A stretch of DNA of 33,474 bases from a virus: IMG/VR virus record IMGVR_UViG_3300025528_000004; one strand, 5' to 3'. Below, one piece after another: positions 14,830 through 22,934 of this stretch. The position numbers and the translations under genes are program-made. Within the stretch, counting starts at the first letter, position 1. Each line of letters begins with the position of its first letter. The notes below the pieces were generated by a model. It searched no databases. It had not been told where the DNA came from and was given only the letters and a program-made list of their open reading frames with translations.

Positions 14830-15993
14830 TCAGGCGGCGATCTGGGCGGAGAAGTCGGCGAAGTAAGCGTCGGTGATCCGCTGGGCGAAGGTGAGGTCTT
14901 CAAGCGGCGGCGGCACGGTGTAGTCGTAGTCGATGCGCAGCTTGCCGGCCTTGAGGCTCTCGATGCTGTTTTGGGTCTCGTCGTACCAGGCGGTGGCGCC
15001 GAGGATGATGCCGCGGGCCTTCAGATCCCGGAAGAAGCCGTTGACGGTCTCGACGATGTCGCGGACCAGGCTGGGGGTCAGCGGCTTGTCGATGCCCCAC
15101 TCCATGCCGAGAGCGACGGTGTCGGCGATGAGCTGGCCAACGCGCACGGTGCTCTCGAACGCAAACAGCGGGTCGTTCGAACAGGTCCGGTTTCCCCAGA
15201 AGCGGTAGCCGGTGGAGGTGCGAACCAGAGCAGTGATCTCGGCGGCGTTGAGCAGGGCAGCTTCCGTGTCGCTGTTCTGCAAGTCCCACTGGATATCGCG
15301 GGTGAGGCCGACGACGCCCTCGACGGCGACGTTGGAGAGGGTCTTGTGCGGGCCGATCTCCTCGTCGATGCGAGCGCGCAGGCCCAGCGCCCGGGCGACG
15401 GCATGGCTGGTGGTGGTGATTGCGGACGTGGTGTCGAAGGCGAGAAAGTCCGGGAAGAGGAGCATCTGCTCGCGGGACGAGAAGTGGGAGCGATAGGAGA
15501 TCGCCTCCGAGATGCTGTCGCCGACCGCACGGGTGTAGGCAAAGCCGCGCAGCTTCTGGGCGATAACGGCGAGCGCGGCGGCGACCGGCTGGGTGTCGAG
15601 ACCCGGCGCGCCGATGATGCGGGGGCGCACGCCCAGCTGGCCTTCGGCGGCCAGCAGCGCCTGCATGCCGGTCTTCTGACCGTCGATCGTGTCGCCGATG
15701 ACGTTGGCGTTGGTCTCGTTGTCATCCTCGCCTTCAGGGACACGCACGACGACCACGACCGGCCGGGTCTGGTCAGCAATGGCGCGGAGACTGGCGCGCA
15801 GGGTGCCCGTGGCGCCGGCCTTGCCGATCGCGGTCTCGATGTCGGTGACGAGAGCCGGCCGGTTGAGTGGGAAGGTGGTGGCGTCAGCATCCGGCGCGGT
15901 GGCAACCAGGCCGATGATGGCGGTGGAAACGGGCGTCAGCGTGCGGGCGCCGTCGTTGATCTCGATGACGGTGATGCCGTGTTTGAAACTCAT
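14830..15993 (-). CDS. FI: Tail sheath protein FI
   Basis: 387 aa, MSFKHGITVIEINDGARTL.. is a typical sheath N-terminus. Sits immediately upstream of FII. Confidence 0.95.
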   Translation of the reverse strand: MSFKHGITVIEINDGARTLTPVSTAIIGLVATAPDADATTFPLNRPALVTDIETAIGKAGATGTLRASLRAIADQTRPVVVVVRVPEGEDDNETNANVIGDTIDGQKTGMQALLAAEGQLGVRPRIIGAPGLDTQPVAAALAVIAQKLRGFAYTRAVGDSISEAISYRSHFSSREQMLLFPDFLAFDTTSAITTTSHAVARALGLRARIDEEIGPHKTLSNVAVEGVVGLTRDIQWDLQNSDTEAALLNAAEITALVRTSTGYRFWGNRTCSNDPLFAFESTVRVGQLIADTVALGMEWGIDKPLTPSLVRDIVETVNGFFRDLKARGIILGATAWYDETQNSIESLKAGKLRIDYDYTVPPPLEDLTFAQRITDAYFADFSAQIAA

Positions 15994-16352
15994 GGCAGGC
16001 TCCTTGAGGACAGCGGAATGGTCAGGCGAACGAGGCTGGTGGGGGCGGGCATGTCGCGGCGTTGACCCTCGATGACGAGGGCGCGTGCGCTGGGCAGATC
16101 CCGACCTTCAAGCGTGACGCGTTGCAGGCGCAGGCGCGGCTCCCATCGGGAGAGGGCGACAGCTGTGGCCCCGTAGAGACGGAGTTTCAGCGCAGGCGTC
16201 AGCGGCTGGTCGATCAGATCGGGCAGCAGGGAGCCGTAGTCCCGCCGGGCCACCCGGGAGCCGATGGGGGTGGTCAGGATGTCGGCGACGGATTGCGCAA
16301 GATGCGCCTCGCCATCGATCGCAGCGCCCGTGTGGCGGTTCATGCCGGTCAT
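15990..16352 (-). CDS. W: Baseplate protein W (gp25/GPW family)
   Basis: HLAQSVADILTTPIGSRVARRDYGSLLPDLIDQP is the GPW_gp25 signature. Confidence 0.9.
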   Translation of the reverse strand: MTGMNRHTGAAIDGEAHLAQSVADILTTPIGSRVARRDYGSLLPDLIDQPLTPALKLRLYGATAVALSRWEPRLRLQRVTLEGRDLPSARALVIEGQRRDMPAPTSLVRLTIPLSSRSLP

Positions 16353-16900
16353 TCCGGGCCTCCGGTCTTGCCGGAGCCGGTCGCGACGCCGCCGTGCTTG
16401 TGGCTTTTCAGGCTGATGCCGTCGCCCACCACATCCTCGGCGCTGGTGATGGCGCCGGTGGCGGTCAGGGTGCCGTTAATGGTCACATCGCCCACGATGC
16501 TGAGGCCGCCGTCTGCCGTGATGTGCGCAGCGCCTCCCGGCGGCAGCAGAGCTTCCAGCCGGTGGGAGCCGTGGTGATAGCTGAGCTGCGCGCCGTCGGG
16601 GAATCGCACCAGGACAAGTTCGGGGTCGATCGATGGCGGGGGGAAGGAATTGGAGAACAGGCCGACCAGAACGAGCCCGCACAGCGTGTCGCCTTCCGGG
16701 CACAACAGCAGGCATTGCTCGCCAACCTGGGGCGGGGCCCAGACGGATACGCCGCCGGCGCGCGGCGTAAGCCACGGCAGCGGGCCGGTGGTGATTTCTC
16801 CCGTCGCGACGCGGCAGGTGGCATTTTCCGCATCCACCTCGGCGATGGTGCCGAGGCGCATCATGTCGCCGAGCTGTTGTTCGAGGTCGGAGATCATCAT
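16349..16900 (-). CDS. V: Baseplate spike/assembly protein V
   Basis: Start at MMISDLEQQLGDMMRLGTIAEVD. C-terminus GISLKSHKHGGVATGSGKTGGP is typical of gpV. The upstream TTG-initiated MWRGTLST extension is an artefact of the palindrome. Confidence 0.9.
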   Translation of the reverse strand: MMISDLEQQLGDMMRLGTIAEVDAENATCRVATGEITTGPLPWLTPRAGGVSVWAPPQVGEQCLLLCPEGDTLCGLVLVGLFSNSFPPPSIDPELVLVRFPDGAQLSYHHGSHRLEALLPPGGAAHITADGGLSIVGDVTINGTLTATGAITSAEDVVGDGISLKSHKHGGVATGSGKTGGPE

Positions 16901-16943
16901 GCGCCTGACAATGGCGCGGCCCGCGTGACGATGCGCGGGGGCG

Positions 16944-16970
16944 TTTGTGGAGAGAGTTCCTCTCCACAAA
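16944..16970. promoter_or_regulatory. Late-operon palindrome copy 1: TTTGTGGAGAG-agttc-CTCTCCACAAA (candidate Ogr-dependent control element)
   Basis: 11-bp arms, centre at 16957, 57 nt upstream of the V ATG (16900) and 14 nt downstream of the methyltransferase stop. Confidence 0.5.
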
Positions 16971-16984
16971 CAGCCGGTTGCCGG

Positions 16985-17827
16985 TCAGTCGTTTGCAGGC
17001 TGCCAGACGAATAGCGTGGGCACGTTGGTGATGATCAGCTCGCCGGCGGGCTTGGCGCGACCGACCGCGCTGGTTGAGATCGAGTAGCTGGTCTCGACCT
17101 CAATCATCGGAAAGGCGGCGAAGGTCTGGCGCACGCCCGGCATATCGTTGAGCGAGAGCAGAAACTTGCCCTTGATGCCTGCCAGCTGCTCCGCCAGCCG
17201 GGCGAAGTCCTCCCGGCTGAAGACGCCGGCGCCATAGTCGGTCTCGCAGTTCCAGTAAGGCGGGTCGAGGTAGAACAGTGTGCCCGGCCGGTCGTAGCGG
17301 GCAATGAACTCGGCATAGGGCAGGCGCTCGATGACGACGCCGGCCAGACGCTCATGCACGTCAGAGAGCATCGGCTCCAGCCTGGTCACATCGAAGCGGG
17401 CCGGGCTGCCGGGGTCGACGCCGAAGGTGCGCCCGGCGACCTTGCCGCCAAACGCCAACCGCTGAAGGTAGAGAAACCGGGCAGCGCGTTGCAGATCGGT
17501 CAGGGTTTCCGGGTCGACAGACATCAGCCGCTCGAACTCGGCGCGGCTGGTCAGCCGCCACTTCAGCATGTCGATGAAGTAAGGGTAGTGCTCCTGCAAC
17601 ACGCGGAAGAGGGTGACCACGTCGCCCGAGATGTCGTTGATGACTTCGGCCTTCGGCCGCGAGGTTCGGCGCAGGAAGATCCCGCCCATGCCGACGAAGG
17701 GCTCGGCGTAGGTGGTGTGTTCGATGCGCTCGATCAGCTGGCACAGGCGCTTGGCCAGATTGCGCTTGCCGCCGATGTAGCCGGCCACAGGTTTTGTGGA
17801 ACGTACAGAGAACAAATTGGATGGCAT
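16985..17827 (-). CDS. Orphan N6-adenine DNA methyltransferase (D12/Dam class)
   Basis: GYIGGKR, AEPFVGMGG (motif I) and FYLDPPYWN (DPPY motif IV). No endonuclease partner nearby. Confidence 0.9.
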   Translation of the reverse strand: MPSNLFSVRSTKPVAGYIGGKRNLAKRLCQLIERIEHTTYAEPFVGMGGIFLRRTSRPKAEVINDISGDVVTLFRVLQEHYPYFIDMLKWRLTSRAEFERLMSVDPETLTDLQRAARFLYLQRLAFGGKVAGRTFGVDPGSPARFDVTRLEPMLSDVHERLAGVVIERLPYAEFIARYDRPGTLFYLDPPYWNCETDYGAGVFSREDFARLAEQLAGIKGKFLLSLNDMPGVRQTFAAFPMIEVETSYSISTSAVGRAKPAGELIITNVPTLFVWQPAND

Positions 17828-17853
17828 TTTACAGTTGCAGCCTCTACAAATGC

Positions 17854-17896
17854 CCCCTCTGGTGAGGGGACTTCGGGCCCGGCCTGCGCCGGGCCC
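17854..17896 (-). terminator. Two GC hairpins between orf87 and the methyltransferase
   Basis: CCCCTC-tggt-GAGGGG (17854..17869) and GGGCCCGGC-ctgc-GCCGGGCCC (17875..17896). On the minus transcript the second is followed by GCATTTGT. No strong U tract. Confidence 0.35.
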
Positions 17897-17975
17897 CGGG
17901 TGCGAGTGGCCGCTCGCGGTTTGAGGTGCTGCACCACCTCGGCCCCCTTCGCCGGAGCGTCAGGGGCAATACGCT

Positions 17976-18239
17976 TTACGTTTCGGCTTCCGTCGGCTCT
18001 TCGGTTTCCTCATCGGCCGGAGGGGTGGAGGTGATGACGCCAAGTGCGATCTTGTGCTCCACGCCGCGCGCGACCTCCTGTACGCGAATGGCCGTGGCCG
18101 CGGCATCGTAGCCGCCAGCCTCATCGTGGCAGGCGTTGACCGAGCGGATGTGGACGATCTCTCCCTTGGTGAAGGTCACCGGAACCGTGCGGGTTGTAGC
18201 GTCATATGCGCCGATGGCGATGTGCAGATCAGCGGACAT
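17976..18239 (-). CDS. Hypothetical protein (87 aa, acidic C-terminus)
   Basis: Start at MSADLHIAIGAYDATTRT. The upstream part of the 169-aa track ORF looks off-frame. Overlaps the G stop by 11 nt. Confidence 0.5.
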   Translation of the reverse strand: MSADLHIAIGAYDATTRTVPVTFTKGEIVHIRSVNACHDEAGGYDAAATAIRVQEVARGVEHKIALGVITSTPPADEETEEPTEAET

Positions 18240-18636
18240 GGAGGTTCTCCTGGTTGGGTGGTGTCGGCCAGACCACGCTTGCGGGATCTTCGGCATGACG
18301 CTCGGGTAGGTCGCGCAGCGCCTGGCGGTAATCGGCCCATGCTGCGCGCTCTTCCGCCGAGAGCGGAGCATCGGGGAGCTGGGTGAAATCGGTGTCGCGC
18401 AGCAGACGGTCGCGCTTGCGCCGCAACGCGGCCAGCAGTTGGTCGGGATCGAGTGAAGGCTCCTGGGCGACGACCTGACCGTCAATGGCCGTGATGAAGA
18501 GCCCCCGGGCCTGCGCTTCCAGCAGCGAGCCGTGTTGATCCGCCGTTAGCGGAATCGCGTCGGCAGGGATGTCTGCCGGGGCATGGATGGCGTCATCGTA
18601 AAAGCCGCGGGTTGTGGGGGAGAAGAACTTTGCCAT
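18229..18636 (-). CDS. G: Tail fibre assembly chaperone (gpG-like)
   Basis: MAKFFSPTTRGFYDD... and ..RDRLLRDTDFTQLPDAPLSAEERAAWADYRQALRDLPE are typical tail-fibre-assembly motifs. Directly follows H. Confidence 0.8.
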   Translation of the reverse strand: MAKFFSPTTRGFYDDAIHAPADIPADAIPLTADQHGSLLEAQARGLFITAIDGQVVAQEPSLDPDQLLAALRRKRDRLLRDTDFTQLPDAPLSAEERAAWADYRQALRDLPERHAEDPASVVWPTPPNQENLHVR

Positions 18637-18637
18637 G

Positions 18638-20581
18638 TCAGTACCCGAATGCGATCCAGTAGGCGGTGGTGTTGTTGTCGTTGGCGTTGATCGACTGGAA
18701 GCCGGTCGTGGTGACTGAATTGCTTACAACCGTCGGCGTGTTTCCCTCCGCGCCATAGGACGTGTCGCCGGAACCGCTGGTCACAACTCCCATGCAAAGG
18801 GACGGAAACGCCAGCGGGAAGGAGATCGAGATCGTCGTGTTGGCGTACTGGGTATAGCGGCCCGCTTGAATGATCATGCCATTCGGCAGTTTGCAGTAGC
18901 CGGAGGCCGACTTGCTGGCGACAAAATCAGCCAGCTTGGCAAAGGCGCTGGCGTGCAGGCCGTCGAGCAGGTCAGCATCCAGTCCAGAACCCGAGCCGTC
19001 ATTGCCCGCGTGCCAAGCCCGGTTGCCGGATGCCGCTCCGATATAGAGTTGCGCGCCGTCCCAATACAGCAACCACTTTGCGTCGCTTTGCCGATACCAC
19101 CCCCCGATACCAGTGGGCGTGAACATGCTTGCGATATGCGATGTCGAAGTGCCGTGGAGAATCCCGTAATAATTCCCCTTGAGGACGTCGAGCGCATAGG
19201 CCGCGTAACCATGGGCTGTGGTGGACCGGACAAAACTGGAGGCGTGCAAGCCGTCGAGCAGGTCAGCGTCGAGTCCCGAGCCCGCTCCATCGTTGCCCGC
19301 ATCCCATACCGTGTATGACCCTCGCGTGATGATGCCGGTGCTGTCATTGATGGTCACGATGGTGGCGGTATTGGTCCGGTTGCGGAAGACGTAGCCATTT
19401 GCGCCGCCCGCGTACAACCATGTGGCATCCCCAGCCTGGCGGATGATCGGAACGCCATTGGAGTACAGGGCAGTCCCGTCGGCCATGTAGATATTTCCGC
19501 CAGCGGAAATCGTGCCGGTAGTAGAAATGCTCCCAGTGAAGTCAGCGCCTGAGAGATGGGCAAAGGCGCTGGCGTGCAGGCCGTCGAGCAGGTCAGCATC
19601 CAGCCCCGAGCCTGCGCCGTCATTGCCCGCATCCCAGACCCGGTTTCCTGCCCGGAAAATGGCCGTGTCCGTGAAGGAGACGTAGGTTGAAGCCCCGGAG
19701 GGATCCGTGATTCTGAGCCCGGTGCCTCGCGCGATCCATTCGCCGCTCTGGGTTACGATAAATGCAGTTCCTGCTGGCGTTCCGGCACGCGTCAGGCCAG
19801 CGCCGCTCATGCTGAGTTTGCCCCCGACCGATACGTTGCCCGTGAAGTCAGCGCCTGACAGTTGAGCGAACGCGCTGGCGTGCAGGCCGTCGAGCAGATC
19901 CGCGTCGAGCCCCGAGCCGTGGCCTTCATCCTTGAGCGCGGCGGACCTGATCTCCAGTGCGGCCCGGAGGGCGGCCGCGCTTGCTGCGGTCAGGATGGAT
20001 TTGACGAACAACGACGGCGCACCCGAGCCGAAGCGGTCATTCAGCCAGCTGGTGACGGCTGCTTTCAGCCCTTTGGGCGTGATCGCGCGGGAGGCGTCGG
20101 TTCCAGAGGTGGTTTCGCTCTCGGTTGCCAGCTCGACCACGCCCTGCCGTTCGGTGGTGGCGGGAGGGTTGAGGAAGCTGGTGTCGCCGAAGGTGATCTG
20201 GGTTGCATCGATGTCTGCGAAGATGACGTCGATGGCCAGCAGTAGCATGGCCTGCGCCGACTTCTCCATGATCGGGTTGGCCTGACTGTAAACGCCGAAC
20301 AGCGTGCCATCGGCAAGGTACAGGCCGAACGAGCGCACGGTATAAACGTCCGCGCTTTCGTCGCGCACCGTCACATGGATGGTGTCGTCCGCCACTGCCT
20401 CTCCGGCGATGGTGGTGATCCGCTTGATTTCGCCGGGCAGGCTGGTGATGCCAGGCGACGGCGTGAAGGCGGTCGCCGAGACGCCAACCGAGGCCATCAG
20501 CACCGGATTGGTGCCGGTGTTGGCTGCATTGACGAGCGCCGCGCGTCCGGCATTGGTGATGGTCAGGATCAGCCCACTCAT
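18638..20581 (-). CDS. H: Tail fibre protein H
   Basis: 647 aa with a conserved P2-H-like N-terminal domain (MSGLILTITNAGRAALVNA...RQGVVELATESE..AITPKGL). Repeat-containing shaft and a distinct C-terminal tip. Confidence 0.9.
   Translation of the reverse strand: MSGLILTITNAGRAALVNAANTGTNPVLMASVGVSATAFTPSPGITSLPGEIKRITTIAGEAVADDTIHVTVRDESADVYTVRSFGLYLADGTLFGVYSQANPIMEKSAQAMLLLAIDVIFADIDATQITFGDTSFLNPPATTERQGVVELATESETTSGTDASRAITPKGLKAAVTSWLNDRFGSGAPSLFVKSILTAASAAALRAALEIRSAALKDEGHGSGLDADLLDGLHASAFAQLSGADFTGNVSVGGKLSMSGAGLTRAGTPAGTAFIVTQSGEWIARGTGLRITDPSGASTYVSFTDTAIFRAGNRVWDAGNDGAGSGLDADLLDGLHASAFAHLSGADFTGSISTTGTISAGGNIYMADGTALYSNGVPIIRQAGDATWLYAGGANGYVFRNRTNTATIVTINDSTGIITRGSYTVWDAGNDGAGSGLDADLLDGLHASSFVRSTTAHGYAAYALDVLKGNYYGILHGTSTSHIASMFTPTGIGGWYRQSDAKWLLYWDGAQLYIGAASGNRAWHAGNDGSGSGLDADLLDGLHASAFAKLADFVASKSASGYCKLPNGMIIQAGRYTQYANTTISISFPLAFPSLCMGVVTSGSGDTSYGAEGNTPTVVSNSVTTTGFQSINANDNNTTAYWIAFGY
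18947..19918 (-). repeat. Four intragenic repeats in H encoding GSGLDADLLDGLHAS
   Basis: Motif at aa 222-236, 324-338, 434-448 and 531-545 (DNA 19874..19918, 19568..19612, 19238..19282, 18947..18991). Near-identical DNA, e.g. ggcgtgcaggccgtcgagcaggtcagcatc. Confidence 0.85.
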
Positions 20582-20672
20582 GCCGCCCCCCTCCGGCCGA
20601 CCAGGACAAGGGCAAGACCAAGAGCGGCAAGGAGAAGTTCAGGCGGGGCAGGGGGCAGGAGCATGGGCGATC

Positions 20673-21215
20673 TCAGGCGGCACAACGGAGGCGGGCGGAG
20701 ATGACAGGGCGGGCGGCGGCCAGAACGCCGACGCGGGCTGCTGCGGCAAAGCCCTGGGTGAAGGTGAAGTGACTGCGCACCGGCTTGGTGCGGGCAACTT
20801 CGGCAATGACGGCATCGACGAAGGCGGCGCTGGCGGGCGCATTGACGCTGCCGAGCGTCAGCACCAGTTCAAAGGTGTACGGATCGCCGGCCGGCGTTTT
20901 CTGCCACCATTCGCGAATGGCGACCTGGCCGCCGAACGATTCGATGACGGCGCGCACGCTGGCCGTCGTGCCCTTTTGCCGGGCGATCTCAAGGGCGCGG
21001 CGCACGCGCTCGCGCTTGACGGCCTCGGGCCAGTCAGAGGACCAGCTGTCGAGCGAGAGCGCCCAGGCGAGCCACGGCAGAAGGTCCACCGGGCAGATGT
21101 CCGGGTTCCACAGCTTGCGCAGGTTGGCGTCAATGTCGGCAATCCGCGCCGTGGCGGCGGCCAGCGCGCGTTCGAATGGTGTGGCATTGGGCGGGAGCAG
21201 GGACGCGGTCATCAT
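20673..21215 (-). CDS. I: Baseplate/tail protein I
   Basis: LLPPNATPFERALAAA...LWNPDICPVDLLPWLAWALSLDSW is the gpI signature. Confidence 0.9.
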   Translation of the reverse strand: MMTASLLPPNATPFERALAAATARIADIDANLRKLWNPDICPVDLLPWLAWALSLDSWSSDWPEAVKRERVRRALEIARQKGTTASVRAVIESFGGQVAIREWWQKTPAGDPYTFELVLTLGSVNAPASAAFVDAVIAEVARTKPVRSHFTFTQGFAAAARVGVLAAARPVISARLRCAA

Positions 21216-22105
21216 TCACCCGTCCCTCCATAGGTGATGCTCAGGCTCGTGCAGTATGGCGCCTGGTTGCGGTTGATGAGGATGTCGGCGCTCGGCTGGG
21301 TGAGAACGACACGGTGAACGCCCTCAACGTGCAGCGCCGCGTGGATGCCGGAGATCGTGATGTCACGTCCCAGCCGGTGGCTGTTGGTGATGTACTCCTG
21401 AGTGCGGCGCTGAGCCTCGGCCATGACGACGGAGCCGTCGGGACCGGCAAAGGTGGTGATGGTCGCCGCGATTGCATAGGGCACGATCTGTGCCGACTGG
21501 ACAGTGACGTGGTCCGTCAGCGGCCTGACGCGATCGGATGACACGTGCGAGGCCACTGCTGCGATCAGCTCGGGCGATGCAGTGCCATCGCCGGTGCGTG
21601 ACAGGATCGAGACGACCACTTCGCCGGGGGAGGGGCTGGTCGCGCTGGCATCGAGCACGTCGGGATGCGCGGAGAGTGCATGGTAGATGTAGGCCCCTTC
21701 AGGCCCGGCCACAGAGTAGCCCTCCGGGGCCAACACCATGCGTCGCCGGAGATCCTCGTCGCTCTCCATCGTCGGCGGGATGCCCAGTTCCGGGTCGCCC
21801 GGGTCGAGGGTAAAGCGGGTGACGCCGAGCAGGGCGGCCAGATTGTCAAGGTCGCTGCCGGCGGCATAGGCGGGCATTACCGCGCGGGCAGCATCGTTGA
21901 TCCGTTGGCGGAGCAGGACTTCGCGGTAGGCGACAACCTGAAGGATCTTGGTGGCAGGGTCGCTTTCAAGCGGCTGGAAATCAGGCAGGAGCAGACGGAG
22001 CGAGGCGATCAGGTCTGCCAGGATCGTCTCATAGTCGAGTGCCTCCACCACCTGCGGAGCGGGCAGGCGGGACAGGTCGACCGCGGTGAAGGTTGCATCT
22101 GCCAT
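21212..22105 (-). CDS. J: Baseplate assembly protein J
   Basis: Start at MADATFTAVDLSRLPAPQVVEALDYETILADL (gpJ-like). The upstream MWRGALST extension is a palindrome artefact. Confidence 0.9.
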   Translation of the reverse strand: MADATFTAVDLSRLPAPQVVEALDYETILADLIASLRLLLPDFQPLESDPATKILQVVAYREVLLRQRINDAARAVMPAYAAGSDLDNLAALLGVTRFTLDPGDPELGIPPTMESDEDLRRRMVLAPEGYSVAGPEGAYIYHALSAHPDVLDASATSPSPGEVVVSILSRTGDGTASPELIAAVASHVSSDRVRPLTDHVTVQSAQIVPYAIAATITTFAGPDGSVVMAEAQRRTQEYITNSHRLGRDITISGIHAALHVEGVHRVVLTQPSADILINRNQAPYCTSLSITYGGTGE

Positions 22106-22147
22106 GCCGCCTTTGTCGGCGGCAGCAAAGGAATAGCGCCAGAGGGA

Positions 22148-22176
22148 GCTTGTGGAGAGAGCCCCTCTCCACAAGC
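22148..22176. promoter_or_regulatory. Late-operon palindrome copy 2: GCTTGTGGAGAG-agccc-CTCTCCACAAGC
   Basis: 12-bp arms, centre at 22162, 57 nt upstream of the J ATG (22105) and 7 nt downstream of the hicB stop. Confidence 0.5.
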
Positions 22177-22183
22177 TGCCGGA

Positions 22184-22588
22184 TCAGGAGGCGTACTGGC
22201 GAGCGGCCTCGGCAATAAATGCTGAGCGCGTCAGGCCTCTCATGTGAGCAGCCTTGTCGATCAGGTCGAGAGTGTTCTCATCAATACTCAGGTTGACGCG
22301 CTTGGTGCGGCCAAACGGAACAACGGCAGGCAACATGATGGTCGTTGCTGCCTCTGCGAAATCGTCCACCAACTCAGGGTCGGCACGCAATTCCGCCAGC
22401 GAACGGGCGCGCGGCAACTCCCCGCCGGCATCGATCAGGCTTGCCAGATGGTGCGTCAGAACCTGACGGGCGACCATGACCGCTTCGTCGAAATCTTCCG
22501 TTTCAGCGTGAGCCGTGAAGCCGAGAACGTCCGGCGCGGTGAAGCTGTAGCCTCCTGCGTCGGTGAATACAAAGGTGAGATAGTGCAT
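22184..22588 (-). CDS. hicB: HicB antitoxin (HicB N-domain + RHH/CopG C-domain)
   Basis: Start at MHYLTFVFTDAGGYSFTAPDVLGF behind AGGAGGAAA. C-terminus KRVNLSIDENTLDLIDKAAHMRGLTRSAFIAEAARQY is ribbon-helix-helix. Confidence 0.9.
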   Translation of the reverse strand: MHYLTFVFTDAGGYSFTAPDVLGFTAHAETEDFDEAVMVARQVLTHHLASLIDAGGELPRARSLAELRADPELVDDFAEAATTIMLPAVVPFGRTKRVNLSIDENTLDLIDKAAHMRGLTRSAFIAEAARQYAS

Positions 22589-22662
22589 CGTGCTTTCCTC
22601 CTGAATGACACGATATGCCGGGCTAGGCGACAGCGGAGCTGAACGGAAAGGAGGGTGGCGCT

Positions 22663-22848
22663 TCAACGCCACCCAGCTGCCTTCTCGATCGCTCTTTTCA
22701 ACCCCTTCGGAAGATCTTTTCTTGGGTGTGGCACCGTGATCAGCTTGACCTCCTGAGGATGCTTGAAGGTCCGGTGGCTGCCCTTCTGTGAGACCTCAAT
22801 CCAGCCTTCTCGAAGAAGCCGCCGTATGATCTCGTCGCTGTCGCCCAT
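22663..22848 (-). CDS. hicA: HicA mRNA-interferase toxin
   Basis: 61 aa. IIRRLLREGWIEVSQKGSHRTFKHPQEVKLITVPHPRKDLPKGLKRAI is the HicA/YcfA signature. Confidence 0.9.
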   Translation of the reverse strand: MGDSDEIIRRLLREGWIEVSQKGSHRTFKHPQEVKLITVPHPRKDLPKGLKRAIEKAAGWR

Positions 22849-22868
22849 TCCGCCTCCCTGTCGTTTGT

Positions 22869-22905
22869 TGTGTAATTATATACACATTTTTCGAGGAAAA
22901 TGCAA
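22869..22905 (-). promoter_or_regulatory. hicAB promoter with overlapping operator-like inverted repeat
   Basis: Minus strand has TTGCAT (22905..22900), a 17-nt spacer, then TATATA (22882..22877). The inverted repeat TGTGTA-N6-TACACA (22869..22886) covers the -10. GGGAGG SD precedes the hicA ATG. The region is AT-rich. Confidence 0.5.
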
Positions 22906-22934
22906 GCGTCATGTGTATTTATTTGCGCAATTCG

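Noticed and set aside
16901-16969. N-terminal extensions MWRGTLST.., MWRGALST.. (22106..22174) and MWRGPLST.. (29387..29500) on V, J and O
   Set aside because: All three begin at a TTG inside the palindrome arm CTCTCCACAA. The shared peptide is a by-product of the DNA repeat. Canonical protein N-termini with ATG starts lie downstream.
17828-17860. TTTGTAGAGGCTGCAACTGTAAA upstream of the methyltransferase ATG as a fourth late palindrome
   Set aside because: Only the left half resembles TTGTGGAGAG. The right half is not its complement, so it is not a copy of the element.
22589-22672. Longer HicB start (MALKRHPPFRSAP..) overlapping the hicA stop
   Set aside because: The extension is P/S/R-rich. 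The internal ATG at 22588 has a strong AGGAGGAAA SD and gives the canonical HicB beta-strand N-terminus MHYLTFVF.
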